64,000 nt of DNA from a virus, in the IMG/VR virus record IMGVR_UViG_3300003690_000024, positions 1 through 64,000 of that record; one strand, given 5' to 3'. Positions 16,188-27,002 of this stretch are shown piece by piece (the first letter of the stretch is position 1; every line of letters begins with the position of its first letter). A program made the translations under genes and the position numbers. Below the pieces are notes generated by a model. It saw only the letters and a program-made list of their open reading frames with translations. It did not search any database and was not told the DNA's origin.

Positions 16188-17441
16188 ATGTCAGATAAAA
16201 TTAAAATTTTCACCCTTGGTGACCACCCTTTTTCGCCTTCTGGAGTCGGGAACCAAACACGATATATTATGGACGGTCTTCTGAAAACAGGAAAGTATCA
16301 AATTGTATCATTTGGGGGAGCCATTGAACATCCCGATCACGAACCACAAAAAACACAAGAATGGGGTGATGATTGGGTTATCTGGCCAGTCGATGGGTAT
16401 GGAAATCAAGATCAGGTCCGCGCCATGGTGCGTCAGCAGAAACCAGATATTTTATGGTTTATGACAGATCCACGTTTTTATGGATGGTTGTGGCAGATTG
16501 AAAATGAAATTCGAGCACAGGTGCCTATGGTTTATTATCATGTGTGGGATAATTATCCTTACCCAAAGTTTAATAGACCCTATTACGAGTCTAATGATCA
16601 CATCGCTTGTATATCAAAGCTTACATATGATATTGTACAAACTGTGGCCCCTTCCGTAGGCTCGACTTATCTTCCGCACGCAGTAGACGAAGAATATTTT
16701 AAGCCCCTTCCTCCACAACAGATAGCGACTTTCCGAGAAGCCAAAAACCTAGAAGATAAATTTGTATGTTTCTGGAATAATCGAAATGCTCGCAGGAAAC
16801 AGTCCGGAACGTTGATTTGGTGGTTCAAAGAATTTTTAGACCGTGTTGGAAAAGATAAAGGTACCTTGATCATGCACACAGATGTAAAAGATCAACATGG
16901 TCAAGATCTAGAAGCTATTATTCATGAATTGGGTCTCATCGATGGCGAGGTTCTCTTTTCAAGAGATAAAATTGGGCTACAGGATTTGGCCATGTGTTAT
17001 AATATTGCGGACCTTACGATCAACATCGCAGACGCAGAGGGTTTTGGTTTATCTACATTGGAATCTTTATCTTGTGGAACGCCAATCTTGGTTAATATGA
17101 CAGGGGGTCTGCAAGATCAGATTACCGACGAAGAAGGTAATTGGTTTGGTATCGGACTAGAGCCAAGTTCTAAGGCCATTATTGGGTCTCAAGGGGTACC
17201 TTATATATATGAAGATCGTCTCAATAAAAATGAGTTTGTTGATGCGTTAACAAAACTTTATGAGATGGGGCCCGAAGAAAGAGTTAAACTTGGGTCATCC
17301 GGCCGCGAATTTGTACAAAAAAACTTTGGTTTCTCTAACTTCATCCAAAAGTGGGATGATTTATTAACTAATATTCACGAAACATGCGGATCCCATGATG
17401 ATCGCAGGAACTATAAGTCATATGATATGAGGACGTTCTAA
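16188..17441 (+). CDS. GT-B (GT4-like) glycosyltransferase
   Basis: SGVGNQ, NRNARRK, AEGFGLSTLESLSCGTP. Confidence 0.9.
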   Translation: MSDKIKIFTLGDHPFSPSGVGNQTRYIMDGLLKTGKYQIVSFGGAIEHPDHEPQKTQEWGDDWVIWPVDGYGNQDQVRAMVRQQKPDILWFMTDPRFYGWLWQIENEIRAQVPMVYYHVWDNYPYPKFNRPYYESNDHIACISKLTYDIVQTVAPSVGSTYLPHAVDEEYFKPLPPQQIATFREAKNLEDKFVCFWNNRNARRKQSGTLIWWFKEFLDRVGKDKGTLIMHTDVKDQHGQDLEAIIHELGLIDGEVLFSRDKIGLQDLAMCYNIADLTINIADAEGFGLSTLESLSCGTPILVNMTGGLQDQITDEEGNWFGIGLEPSSKAIIGSQGVPYIYEDRLNKNEFVDALTKLYEMGPEERVKLGSSGREFVQKNFGFSNFIQKWDDLLTNIHETCGSHDDRRNYKSYDMRTF

Positions 17442-19532
17442 ATGAGAAAAACCATTTTAGTTAAAGGACCCATGTTGTCGCGCTCTGGATATGGAGAACA
17501 GGCCCGCTTTGCCCTCCGCGCCCTGCGCACCCGTGAAGAGGTGTTTGATATTTATTTAATGAATATTCCATGGGGGCACACTGGCCAAATTATCGGGCAC
17601 AAAGAGGAGCGCGCCTGGATTGAGGAGCGTCTCGCACAAACAGCTCTTTTCGCACAACAGGGGGGACAGTTTGATCTGTCATTACAGATAACAATTCCCA
17701 ATGAGTTCGAAAAGATTGCGCCAATTAATATTGCCTATACCGCAGGAATTGAAACCACCAAGGTTCCGGCCCAGTGGATTGATAAAACTAATACAACTAT
17801 TGATCGAATGATAACTGTTGGCGAGCACGGAAAGAAAGTATTTGAGAATACGGTTTATACGATTAAAAACAACGAAACTGGAGAAGAGATCCCCAATTTT
17901 AAAGTTAATGTTCCCATTACTGCCGTGAATTATGCCGTTATCGAAACGGATGCTGTCCCACTCGAAATTGATTTAGTAACAGATAAAAACTTTTTAGTAG
18001 TAGCTCAGTGGGGCCCCCGTAAAAATTTAGATAATACTATTAAATGGTTTGTTGAAGAATTTAAAGATGATGAGACTGTTGGTCTTGTATTGAAAACAAA
18101 TATGGCCGGTGATTCAGTTATGGATCGAGCCATCACTCAAGCTCGTTTAAGCGCCCTGCTGCGCGATTATGGCAACGATAGAAAATGTAAAGTATATCTT
18201 TTACATGGCGAAATAACTACGGAGCAATTAACGTGGCTTTATCGGCATCCCACCATGAAAGCTTTGATTAATATTGCCCATGGCGAAGGATTTGGGCTTC
18301 CAATGTTCGAGGCTGCCTACAATGGGCTGCCTCTTATTACGGTTACTTGGAGTGGTCAAATGGATTTCATCTGCCGACCCAATAAGAAGGGAAAGACGTT
18401 CCCTCGTGTGCATCGAGTAGACTATGATCTAAAACCGGTCCAGAAAGAAGCCGTTTGGCCAGGAGTTATTGAGGAGGATAGTTTGTGGGCATTCGCTCGC
18501 GAGGCGTCTTATAAGCGCGCTATCCGTGCCGCTATGGAGAAAGAAATTCACTCCCGCGCCGAGGCCGCGGCCCTTCAAAAGTATATTAAAGAAAAATTTA
18601 CTAAGGAAAATCAGTATAAGCAATTTATACAAGCAATGGGAATTACTGATACTTTAGAAAAGGTTGATTATGTTTTCATTAATGATCTTTTTAAAGAACA
18701 ATATATGGGTGGTGCCGAATTAAGTTTACAGGCCTTAATGAATTCGTGCCCAGGAACACATATAAAGTTTAATAGTTCGGTGCTAAGCACCAATATTATA
18801 GATACTTTAAAAGATTCTACGTGGATTTTTGGGAACGTAGCTCAATTTTCGAGTCCCGACATACTTCAGTATATCATTAATTCAGGAATCAAGTATCATT
18901 TTGTTGAGTTTGATTACAAGTTCTGCGAATATCGTAACCCATCTCTTTATCAGATGCTTGAGGATGAAGAATGCGAGTATGATAAAACAGATCGGGGCAA
19001 GCTCATAACTGATTTTGTTAATCACTCGGTTCAAACGCATTTTATGTCAGAAGCTCAGCAAAGCATTTATAAGACAAGTTTGCCTGATCTAGACGAAAGT
19101 AAGACGACGGTTTTATCATCTATCTTTGATGACGAATTCTTTCAACAAATTCAGCAGCTACGGGATAGTCCCCCTCCCAAGAGTAGTGCTCACATAGTTT
19201 TGGGTTCTCGTTCGTGGGTTAAGGGTTTTGCAGAATCGGAAAAATGGTGTAAACAGAACAAGCTGGAGTATGAGGTTATCAATAATTTGCCACATTCTCA
19301 AGTACTAGAGCAACTAGCGCAGGCCAAAGGAATTGTGTTTAAGCCCACTGGTTTAGATACTTGTCCTAGATATGTTATTGAAGCGAAACTCCTAGGATGT
19401 GAATTGGAATTAAATGATAATGTACAACATCTTGATGAAGAGTGGTTCAATACTGATAATCTTGACAGCATTATAACATATCTTAAGTCCCGAAGAACGG
19501 TTTTTTGGGGTAACGTAGTTGGAAATGAATGA
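17442..19532 (+). CDS. Two-module GT-B glycosyltransferase
   Basis: SRSGYG, RKN, GEGFGLPMFEAAYNGLP; second module GGAELS ... DTCPRYVIEAKLLGC. Confidence 0.85.
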   Translation: MRKTILVKGPMLSRSGYGEQARFALRALRTREEVFDIYLMNIPWGHTGQIIGHKEERAWIEERLAQTALFAQQGGQFDLSLQITIPNEFEKIAPINIAYTAGIETTKVPAQWIDKTNTTIDRMITVGEHGKKVFENTVYTIKNNETGEEIPNFKVNVPITAVNYAVIETDAVPLEIDLVTDKNFLVVAQWGPRKNLDNTIKWFVEEFKDDETVGLVLKTNMAGDSVMDRAITQARLSALLRDYGNDRKCKVYLLHGEITTEQLTWLYRHPTMKALINIAHGEGFGLPMFEAAYNGLPLITVTWSGQMDFICRPNKKGKTFPRVHRVDYDLKPVQKEAVWPGVIEEDSLWAFAREASYKRAIRAAMEKEIHSRAEAAALQKYIKEKFTKENQYKQFIQAMGITDTLEKVDYVFINDLFKEQYMGGAELSLQALMNSCPGTHIKFNSSVLSTNIIDTLKDSTWIFGNVAQFSSPDILQYIINSGIKYHFVEFDYKFCEYRNPSLYQMLEDEECEYDKTDRGKLITDFVNHSVQTHFMSEAQQSIYKTSLPDLDESKTTVLSSIFDDEFFQQIQQLRDSPPPKSSAHIVLGSRSWVKGFAESEKWCKQNKLEYEVINNLPHSQVLEQLAQAKGIVFKPTGLDTCPRYVIEAKLLGCELELNDNVQHLDEEWFNTDNLDSIITYLKSRRTVFWGNVVGNE

Positions 19533-20271
19533 ACATTTTACCATTATCATTCCAGCGTATAGTTGTAAAGACTGGATAGGGGTCAATTTAGAGACTACTT
19601 TCGGTCAAAAATACAGCGATTATGATATAATCTATATCGATGATCACTCTCCCGACGGAACTGCTGGAAAAGTTAGGGAGTATATAGGGAAAAATCCCTT
19701 TAGCAACGGCAATATTGAGTTTGTGGAAAACCCTTTTAATAAAGGAAAGATGGAAAATATGTTTCATGCGGTCCAATCTGCCAAAGATGAAAGCATTATA
19801 GTGGTAGTTGATGGCGACGATTGGCTTGCTTCAGACACTGTTTTGTCGACATTGGACAAGGTCTATAAAAAAGGAGATGTTTGGATGACGAATGGTTCTT
19901 ATCGCGCCGAGCCAACCCAAGAAATAGTAACCCCTCAGATAACTGAAAGCTATTGGAAAGATAATATAAGGGCTAAAACGTGGGAATTTTCTCATTTGGG
20001 AACCTTTAAAAAAGAATTGTTTTGTAAAATAAAACGTAAAGACTTAATGAACAAAGCGGGCCAGTTTTGGGGAACCACGAGTGATCAGGCTATGATGTGG
20101 CCAATGGCGGAGATGGCCGGCCCCCTCCATTTTAGGTCAATAACTGATGTTTTGTACGTCTATAATCGCTTAAATCCGCTTTCTGATGACAGGGTTAACC
20201 GCCGAGACCAGTTACTAACAGAGCAAATAATAAGAAATAAGACACCTTATGTTGCTTTGGAGACACTATGA
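19525..20271 (+). CDS. GT2 glycosyltransferase
   Basis: IIIPAY, IDDHSPDGT, VVDGDDWL. Confidence 0.88.
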   Translation: MNEHFTIIIPAYSCKDWIGVNLETTFGQKYSDYDIIYIDDHSPDGTAGKVREYIGKNPFSNGNIEFVENPFNKGKMENMFHAVQSAKDESIIVVVDGDDWLASDTVLSTLDKVYKKGDVWMTNGSYRAEPTQEIVTPQITESYWKDNIRAKTWEFSHLGTFKKELFCKIKRKDLMNKAGQFWGTTSDQAMMWPMAEMAGPLHFRSITDVLYVYNRLNPLSDDRVNRRDQLLTEQIIRNKTPYVALETL

Positions 20272-21197
20272 ACATATTTCTTGAAAATGTAGACGCCGAA
20301 TCGACATCTGGGCCCAACTATTTTGCACAGAAGTTGGTAAAATATCTTGAACTACGCGGGACGACGTTTAATCCTCGCTTTGCGTATGATCTAAAGCTGA
20401 CTTTTATTCAGTCCGTCGGTGCCAGGCCAGACCTTCCAATGATTCAGCGACTGGATGGTATCTATTTCAACGCTAATTTTGATTGCACGCACATGAATTA
20501 CAATATCAAAAAAACGTATGAGAAGGCCGACGCAGTTGTTTTCCAGACCCACTTCAATAAAAACTTAATTTTTAAATGGTTTGGCCCCCACGATATGTGG
20601 TGTGTCATTAATAACGGTGCAGATATGTTATATCTTGATACCTTTATCTGGAATTCGGACATAATAAATCAATTTGACACTTTTGAAAACGTATGGTCAT
20701 GTGCTGCACATTGGCACCCTTTTAAGCGGCTGCAAGATAATGTAGAATATTTCTTAACGTATGGAGGAGAGAAGGACTGTTTGGTCGTCGCCGGCCCCCA
20801 TCCCGACTATCTTATTAATCATCCGCGAGTATTTTACATGGGGAATCTAAACACAGAAGAACTTCTCACACTATTCAAGATATCCAAATATTTTATTCAT
20901 TTGGCATACTTAGATCATTGCCCCAATGTGGTAATCGATGCTCGCGCATGCGGATGCAAGATAATCTGTTCCTCAACGGGGGGAACTAAAGAAATTGCTG
21001 GGATTTCTGCCACTGTTATAAAAGAACCGGAATGGGACTTTAATTTTTTGGACATTAAAAAACCCCCTCAAATGAATTATGATAAAGTGTGTCAAAAGGG
21101 TATAGAATCAAACATCTCCATGGCCGCCGCCGCCAGAAACTACTCAAATTTTTTTACGGAGGTAGAAGTAAATGACAAAAACAAAAAAGAAAACTAG
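20268..21197 (+). CDS. GT-B glycosyltransferase
   Basis: SGP..F, RLDG, INNG, DHCPNVVIDARACGC. Confidence 0.8.
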   Translation: MNIFLENVDAESTSGPNYFAQKLVKYLELRGTTFNPRFAYDLKLTFIQSVGARPDLPMIQRLDGIYFNANFDCTHMNYNIKKTYEKADAVVFQTHFNKNLIFKWFGPHDMWCVINNGADMLYLDTFIWNSDIINQFDTFENVWSCAAHWHPFKRLQDNVEYFLTYGGEKDCLVVAGPHPDYLINHPRVFYMGNLNTEELLTLFKISKYFIHLAYLDHCPNVVIDARACGCKIICSSTGGTKEIAGISATVIKEPEWDFNFLDIKKPPQMNYDKVCQKGIESNISMAAAARNYSNFFTEVEVNDKNKKEN

Positions 21198-22842
21198 GAT
21201 TGTGGGCTTTGCTGATTTGAATAAAGACATTGCATATTGTGTTTTGGAAGACGGACGACCCCTCATACATGCCGAACTTGAAAGGTATTCACGAATTAAA
21301 GAGGGCCCTCGCGACGCCGACCCATATCGTTTCTTTATGGAAACATATCCTGAATGGCGCACATGTGATTATGCGGTATGCACGATTAGTTCCAAGCCAA
21401 CAGCGCCCTATCGAAAATGTAAGAACTCTTATCTAGCTGTTGAAAGAGCAGTTAAAAGAAACGGAGGCGAGGTAGCTGTTCTTAGCCACCATCTTTGTCA
21501 CGCAGCAAATGCTTTTTATTCAAGCAATTTTCATGAAGCAATTATTATTACTTTGGATGGCGGAGGAGAGGAATTTATAGAGACAGAGGGGGATGGTTCT
21601 GAAGTGAATACGGTGCACACTTCTCTGACAGCATATATAGGAAAGGGCACCAAGCTAGAAAATATACGAAGGTATGAAGAGACGCTAAGCGTGGGCACAA
21701 TGTGGAGTGTTATTTGCAAGGACGTCTTTGGGATTTCAGTGGGGCCCCCCTTCGGTCACAAAGCAGGAACTGTTATGGCCATGGCAGCATACGGCAACCC
21801 TGATCGATATCTTTCTTTGTTCATAGAAAAATTAGATAATGAGAGATACCAATCAGTCGCTGAGCAAAACCTAAAAGAATTAAAGGAAGCCATTACGTCG
21901 GATGATAATGCCCCCTTCGATATTGCTGCTACACTCCAGTGGGTGACGGAATTCATTATTTATAGTATTGTGGACGATGTTTTGTCGGATCCGAAAGCTA
22001 CCTCTAAAAATCTTTGTTTAGCCGGAGGGGTTAGTTTAAATTCCGTAATGACCCACAAACTATATAAAAAATATGAGGACAAAATCGAAAATATTTATTG
22101 TGCCCCAGTTCCATACGATTCAGGTCTAGCCATTGGGAACGCGCAGTATTATTGGCACCATGTTCTAGAAAATCCGAGGGTTAAATGGCTAGATAATTTT
22201 ACGCCTTATTTGGGGGAGCTGTATTCTAAAGAGAATATATTGGAAGCTCTAGAGCCAGAAAAGGATGTGTTGCATATTGAGAGCGGCACCGATGCTCGGG
22301 TTTTAAACCTTCTAAATAAACAACAGATTGTGGCTGTCTTCGGTGGCCCTTCTGAATCTGGCCGCCGCGCCTTGGGAAATCGAAGCATTCTAGGGGATCC
22401 CCGTTCTTCAACAATGAAAGATTATATTAACGAAAAGGCAAAACACCGCGAGCCATGGCGTCCCTTTGCACCTTCCATTCTTCGAGAAGAGGTGGTCAAT
22501 TGGTTTGAAATGGATTATGATAGTCCCTATATGTCGTTTGTTAATTTCTTTAAAGAAGGAGTCCGAGATCAGGTACCTGCTGTATTACATGTGGATGGTT
22601 CCGCTAGATTACAAACAGTAACCAAAAAAGATAACCCCTGGTATTATACTTTCCTAAAGAAGTGGCAAAAGAAAACAGGAGTGCCGATTTTACTTAACAC
22701 TAGTTTTAATGATCGAGAGCCTATTGTAGAAAGCCCTCAAGATGCAATTAACTGTTTTGTGACAACTGAGATAGATTATTTGTATTTTTATGAGTATGGG
22801 ATCCTAGTATCACATCGGGAGAAAAAAGATGGGAGCCAGTAA
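21172..22842 (+). CDS. Carbamoyltransferase (NodU/CmcH/TobZ family)
   Basis: ELERYSRIK, HHLCHAA, LDGGGE, LAGGVSLN, SESGRRALGNRSIL, KHREPWRPFAPS, HVDGSARLQTV, LLNTSFN. Confidence 0.93.
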   Translation: MTKTKKKTRIVGFADLNKDIAYCVLEDGRPLIHAELERYSRIKEGPRDADPYRFFMETYPEWRTCDYAVCTISSKPTAPYRKCKNSYLAVERAVKRNGGEVAVLSHHLCHAANAFYSSNFHEAIIITLDGGGEEFIETEGDGSEVNTVHTSLTAYIGKGTKLENIRRYEETLSVGTMWSVICKDVFGISVGPPFGHKAGTVMAMAAYGNPDRYLSLFIEKLDNERYQSVAEQNLKELKEAITSDDNAPFDIAATLQWVTEFIIYSIVDDVLSDPKATSKNLCLAGGVSLNSVMTHKLYKKYEDKIENIYCAPVPYDSGLAIGNAQYYWHHVLENPRVKWLDNFTPYLGELYSKENILEALEPEKDVLHIESGTDARVLNLLNKQQIVAVFGGPSESGRRALGNRSILGDPRSSTMKDYINEKAKHREPWRPFAPSILREEVVNWFEMDYDSPYMSFVNFFKEGVRDQVPAVLHVDGSARLQTVTKKDNPWYYTFLKKWQKKTGVPILLNTSFNDREPIVESPQDAINCFVTTEIDYLYFYEYGILVSHREKKDGSQ

Positions 22843-23674
22843 GGCTGCGCCTACAGAAGAGAGGGGTTTTAAAGAAGAGGATTATTATGGCTGGAGGTGC
22901 GACGACGAGTGGGCCGACTCATATATAAATCATTGTCAAAAAGCTGTTAAGAACGAAGCAGTCTTTGCTAATTTTAGATCATCTGTGAAATATGGGCCAA
23001 TTTTAGAGCATGTTCCGCCATCTTTGGGAGCAGCTTATCTAGAAAATATATTTATCAATAATACATTTTTAGTGAACCACATAGATAAATTTATTTCTAT
23101 TAACGATAGAGTTGGTAGTCCACAAGTATGCGACTTTGAAATTGGTGTTATTAAAAAGAAATTTAAAGCGTCCCCCACAACTTTAAGATATGTTAAAGTG
23201 TTGTCTGATTTAATAAGCTTATATGGAAGCTTATATGGATTAAATATAGTTGAGATTGGCGGTGGCTATGGAGGCCTTGCTGCCGTAATAAAAGCGCAAT
23301 TTTCCTTTAATTCCTATTACGATGTAGATCTTAGGTGGCCCGGAGTTTTAGCGAAGAAATATACCTCTGCGGTAGGGATAGACAATTTTATACCGATAAC
23401 GCCAGAGAAATTGGACGACCTAGAGGATGTAAAAATAGATTTGGTCATTAGCAACTATGCTTTTTCGGAATGTAACCGTGAAACCAGAGACATCTACATT
23501 GATAAAATTTTTTCAAGGGCTGCAACAGGATATATAACTCACAATGGAGATGACGCGAGACGAAACGAGACACAGTCTTCCATTGAAGGGTATAGAAATT
23601 TTAGAATATTTGATCAAGACCTCTCGCGCAGAGAGGTGAAAAGACACCCAATATTTGTCTGGGATGCGCGATAA
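22829..23674 (+). CDS. Putative sugar O-methyltransferase (SAM-dependent)
   Basis: IVEIGGGYGGL, DLVISNYAFSE, SPTTLRY. Confidence 0.75.
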   Translation: MGASKAAPTEERGFKEEDYYGWRCDDEWADSYINHCQKAVKNEAVFANFRSSVKYGPILEHVPPSLGAAYLENIFINNTFLVNHIDKFISINDRVGSPQVCDFEIGVIKKKFKASPTTLRYVKVLSDLISLYGSLYGLNIVEIGGGYGGLAAVIKAQFSFNSYYDVDLRWPGVLAKKYTSAVGIDNFIPITPEKLDDLEDVKIDLVISNYAFSECNRETRDIYIDKIFSRAATGYITHNGDDARRNETQSSIEGYRNFRIFDQDLSRREVKRHPIFVWDAR

Positions 23675-23676
23675 TT

Positions 23677-24768
23677 ATGAAAAACATTTCGGTTATTGGA
23701 ATAGGACGCTTAGGTTTATGCTTTAGCTTAACTCTTGAGGGGGGTGGTTACGAAGTTGTTGGTTGTGACATTAACCAAGATTATGTTAATTCTATAAACA
23801 GCAAGACCTTTGTCTCACACGAGCCGGGAGTTAATGATAAGTTACTTGTTTCTACTAATTTCAAAGCCACCACTGATTTAGAGGAGTGCGTTTCTCACGC
23901 ACGGTTAATATTTGTGACGGTGGCATCTTATTCAGAACCAGATGGTCGGTATGATCTGTCGCAAGTGGATGCTGTAGTAGATGATTTGGTGCGCCTAGGT
24001 GTACAGGAGCAGGAAAAACATTTGGTTATTTGTACGAACGTCAATCCAGGGTATTCGGATACGATTTATGGAAGACTCGAAAATTTGAACTGGCAGGTAT
24101 CATTTAATCCGGAGACAATTGCTCAGGGATCAATTCTAAAAGATCAAGAATATCCCGATTGTGTATATGTAGGCAGCGATACTCCTGAACTGGCAGCCGA
24201 GATTATTAAGACATATCATAATATGTGTATCAATACCCCATCAATTCACATTATGGATCGCCTGAGTGCTGAGTTAACCAAGATATCTCTTAACTGCTAT
24301 CTAACTTGTAAAATTTCATTTGCCAATATGGTCGGCGATTTAGCCACAAAGATAGGAGCAAACGCTGATAAAGTTTTGGCAGCCGTAGGTTCCGACAGCC
24401 GAATTAACAATAAGTTTTTTAGATATGGTTTTGGGTGGGGGGGTCCATGCTTTCCTAGAGATACTAGAGCCTTCATAAAGCTAGCCCAAAATAGCAATGT
24501 GTCCCACGCTATGTGCACCGCGTCTAATGCCATAAACAATCTTCATCTACAATTTCAGGTAGAGGAGTTCTTGTCCACAGGAGCCATCGAATATCATACA
24601 GATTCTGTTACATACAAAAAGGGAACCGTAATTCTAGAGGAATCTCAACAGCTACAATTTGCAGTTCAGCTAGCTAAGAATGGTGTTACAGTTACCATTA
24701 AAGAATCCGAAGAGGTGATAAAACAGCTAGAGCCTCTATATGGAGATTTATTTATTTATGAGCGTTAA
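23677..24768 (+). CDS. ugd: UDP-glucose/GDP-mannose 6-dehydrogenase
   Basis: VIGIGRLG, FNPE, AELTK...N, KISFAN, GFGWGGPCFPRD. Confidence 0.9.
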   Translation: MKNISVIGIGRLGLCFSLTLEGGGYEVVGCDINQDYVNSINSKTFVSHEPGVNDKLLVSTNFKATTDLEECVSHARLIFVTVASYSEPDGRYDLSQVDAVVDDLVRLGVQEQEKHLVICTNVNPGYSDTIYGRLENLNWQVSFNPETIAQGSILKDQEYPDCVYVGSDTPELAAEIIKTYHNMCINTPSIHIMDRLSAELTKISLNCYLTCKISFANMVGDLATKIGANADKVLAAVGSDSRINNKFFRYGFGWGGPCFPRDTRAFIKLAQNSNVSHAMCTASNAINNLHLQFQVEEFLSTGAIEYHTDSVTYKKGTVILEESQQLQFAVQLAKNGVTVTIKESEEVIKQLEPLYGDLFIYER

Positions 24769-25678
24769 AGGAACAGTAGAAGTAGTCTTTACGATAGGTT
24801 TTGGAAACAATCTATTTCAGTATACGTACGCGCGCCTGCTAGCCAAGAAAAACGGTCTAGCACTGGCCCACAGAGCAATACCAGAATTGGGTATTGCTGC
24901 CCAAGCTCGATCCGATAATAATAATTTTCCTACTGTCATAGTTGGTGATTCCAATTATAAGAGAATTTTTTTTATGGAGGATCTCTCTAACCGTAATGTT
25001 TTAATAAATGGTTATTTTGAAGACTATAAAATTTTGGAAAACCACCTACCAGAGGTAAGAAGCTGGTTTGATACTATACCGGTGACAAATTTCACAGACT
25101 TAATCCTGCATCTACGGCTGCAAAATCGCCTGATTCAAGTAAGCCATAATAAAAACCACATCAGTGTGGATTCTTTTAAGGAGGTCATAAGCCAGTTTGA
25201 TTATGACCGACTTCACATTGTTACGGATGCCGAAAAATGGACACCGCATACATTAACAGATATTGAAAAGATCCGTAACGAAATAGCTATCGGACCAAAT
25301 CCGCCAAGTAATTCTCCGTGGGTCGAAGCAGAACAATCGCTGGAATATATGAATCATTTGATTAATGGTTTTTCTGATCTTGATCCGATTGTGCACTGCA
25401 ATGGTGCCGAAACAATACCAGGCGCCGGGGCCCTACGCGGAAGTTTTATAGATGATTTTAATTTGACAAGAAGCTTTAATCAGGTTATAATATTTAATAG
25501 CACTTTTTCTTGGTGGGCAGCAACTTTAAGCGGCGCTGAAAAAGTTGCGATATTTAATCCATGGAAGATTGCAAAGCCCCAGCATCAACGACGAAACCTC
25601 GGCAGGACAGCATTTCCTGGGTGGTTTAATTGGGGGTCAGCAGATGATCTCTACTTTAAACAGTATGGAGTAACATGA
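24758..25678 (+). CDS. GT11-like (alpha-1,2-fucosyltransferase-like) glycosyltransferase
   Basis: GFGNNLFQY, GYFE, HLRL, NSTFSWWAA. Confidence 0.8.
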   Translation: MSVKGTVEVVFTIGFGNNLFQYTYARLLAKKNGLALAHRAIPELGIAAQARSDNNNFPTVIVGDSNYKRIFFMEDLSNRNVLINGYFEDYKILENHLPEVRSWFDTIPVTNFTDLILHLRLQNRLIQVSHNKNHISVDSFKEVISQFDYDRLHIVTDAEKWTPHTLTDIEKIRNEIAIGPNPPSNSPWVEAEQSLEYMNHLINGFSDLDPIVHCNGAETIPGAGALRGSFIDDFNLTRSFNQVIIFNSTFSWWAATLSGAEKVAIFNPWKIAKPQHQRRNLGRTAFPGWFNWGSADDLYFKQYGVT

Positions 25679-26286
25679 TAAAACTTGTAATATTTGATTT
25701 AGATGGTGTGTTGATAGATGCGTGCGAATGGCATCGCGTGGCACTTAATGAAGCCCTCCTAGAAATCTGTGGTTATGAAATTCCTCTAGAGGAACATTCT
25801 TCTATATTCAATGGCCTTCCAACTAAAGAAAAGCTGAAGATTTTGACCAAACAAAAACTTGTTAAAAGAAAGGATTATGAAGCAATTTCTCAAAGAAAAC
25901 AAGAGCTTACCTTAGAATTAATACAAAAAAAAGCCAAGCAAAGTAAAGAAAAAATAGATATGATCAAAACTCTTAAAAAAGAAGGAATACATGTTGCGTG
26001 CTTCACAAACAGTATTCGTGAAACTGCCGAGCTAATGCTTAAAAAAACTGGTGTTTTAGATTTGCTTGAAGAGCTTGTGACCAACGAAGACGTTAAAAAG
26101 CCAAAACCAAGCCCCGAGGGATATCTAAAGGTTATTAGGAAATTTAAGGTTCCTAAAAAAAATGTTGTAATAGTAGAAGATTCTCCCAAGGGCTATGCTG
26201 CAGCCCAGGCTACAGGATGCCGCGTTATTGCTGTGGCAAATGCCAAGGGAGTAAATATTGGTCTTTTTGCTGAGTGGCTTAAATGA
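25675..26286 (+). CDS. HAD phosphatase (beta-PGM-like)
   Basis: IFDLDGVLID, TNS, KPKPSPEGY, VEDSPKG. Confidence 0.9.
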   Translation: MIKLVIFDLDGVLIDACEWHRVALNEALLEICGYEIPLEEHSSIFNGLPTKEKLKILTKQKLVKRKDYEAISQRKQELTLELIQKKAKQSKEKIDMIKTLKKEGIHVACFTNSIRETAELMLKKTGVLDLLEELVTNEDVKKPKPSPEGYLKVIRKFKVPKKNVVIVEDSPKGYAAAQATGCRVIAVANAKGVNIGLFAEWLK

Positions 26287-27002
26287 AGGTTTTAATTCCA
26301 ATGGCTGGAGAGGGCAGCAGATTTGTGAAAGAGGGGTACACCTTTCCTAAGCCTCTAATTGACGTGAATGGAAAGCCCATGATTCAGGTGGTTGTAGAAA
26401 ACCTCGATTTTGATTGTGAATATATCTTTCTCGTTCGTAAGTCTCATGTAGAGAAATACGCTGGCCTAGTTGATACACTCGATAGAATCACAAATGGCAA
26501 ATTTAAATATATCACAGTTGATGGTCTCACTGAAGGCGCCGCCTGCACAGCCCTCTTAGCAGAAGAATTAATAGACACCGATGAAGACCTTCTAATCGCA
26601 AATTCAGACCAGTTTGTTGAGTATGAATCCCAGAACTTTACGATGCTGAGAGATCAGACCGATTGTGATGCAATGGTCTATACATTTAATGCAGTACATC
26701 CCAAGTGGTCTTTTGTTAAAACTAATTCACGGGGTTTTATTACCGAGGTAGCAGAAAAACGCCCGATCTCAAATATTGCAACCTGTGGGATTTATTGGTA
26801 TAGGCATGGCTCCGACTTTGTTAAGTACACAAAGCAAATGATCGAAAAGAATGTTCGAGTCAACAATGAGTTTTACATAGCTCCCGTTTATAATGAATTG
26901 ATTGAGGACGGCAAAACCCTTATTCCGTTTTACGTCCATAAAATGTGGGGAATCGGCACGCCTGAGGACTTGAGATACTATTTGGATAACTACAGAAAAT
27001 GA
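26283..27002 (+). CDS. Sugar-phosphate nucleotidyltransferase-like protein (GT-A fold)
   Basis: IPMAGEGSRF, PKPLIDV, TEGAACT, NSDQ, EFYIAPVYN, GTPEDL. Confidence 0.88.
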   Translation: MKVLIPMAGEGSRFVKEGYTFPKPLIDVNGKPMIQVVVENLDFDCEYIFLVRKSHVEKYAGLVDTLDRITNGKFKYITVDGLTEGAACTALLAEELIDTDEDLLIANSDQFVEYESQNFTMLRDQTDCDAMVYTFNAVHPKWSFVKTNSRGFITEVAEKRPISNIATCGIYWYRHGSDFVKYTKQMIEKNVRVNNEFYIAPVYNELIEDGKTLIPFYVHKMWGIGTPEDLRYYLDNYRK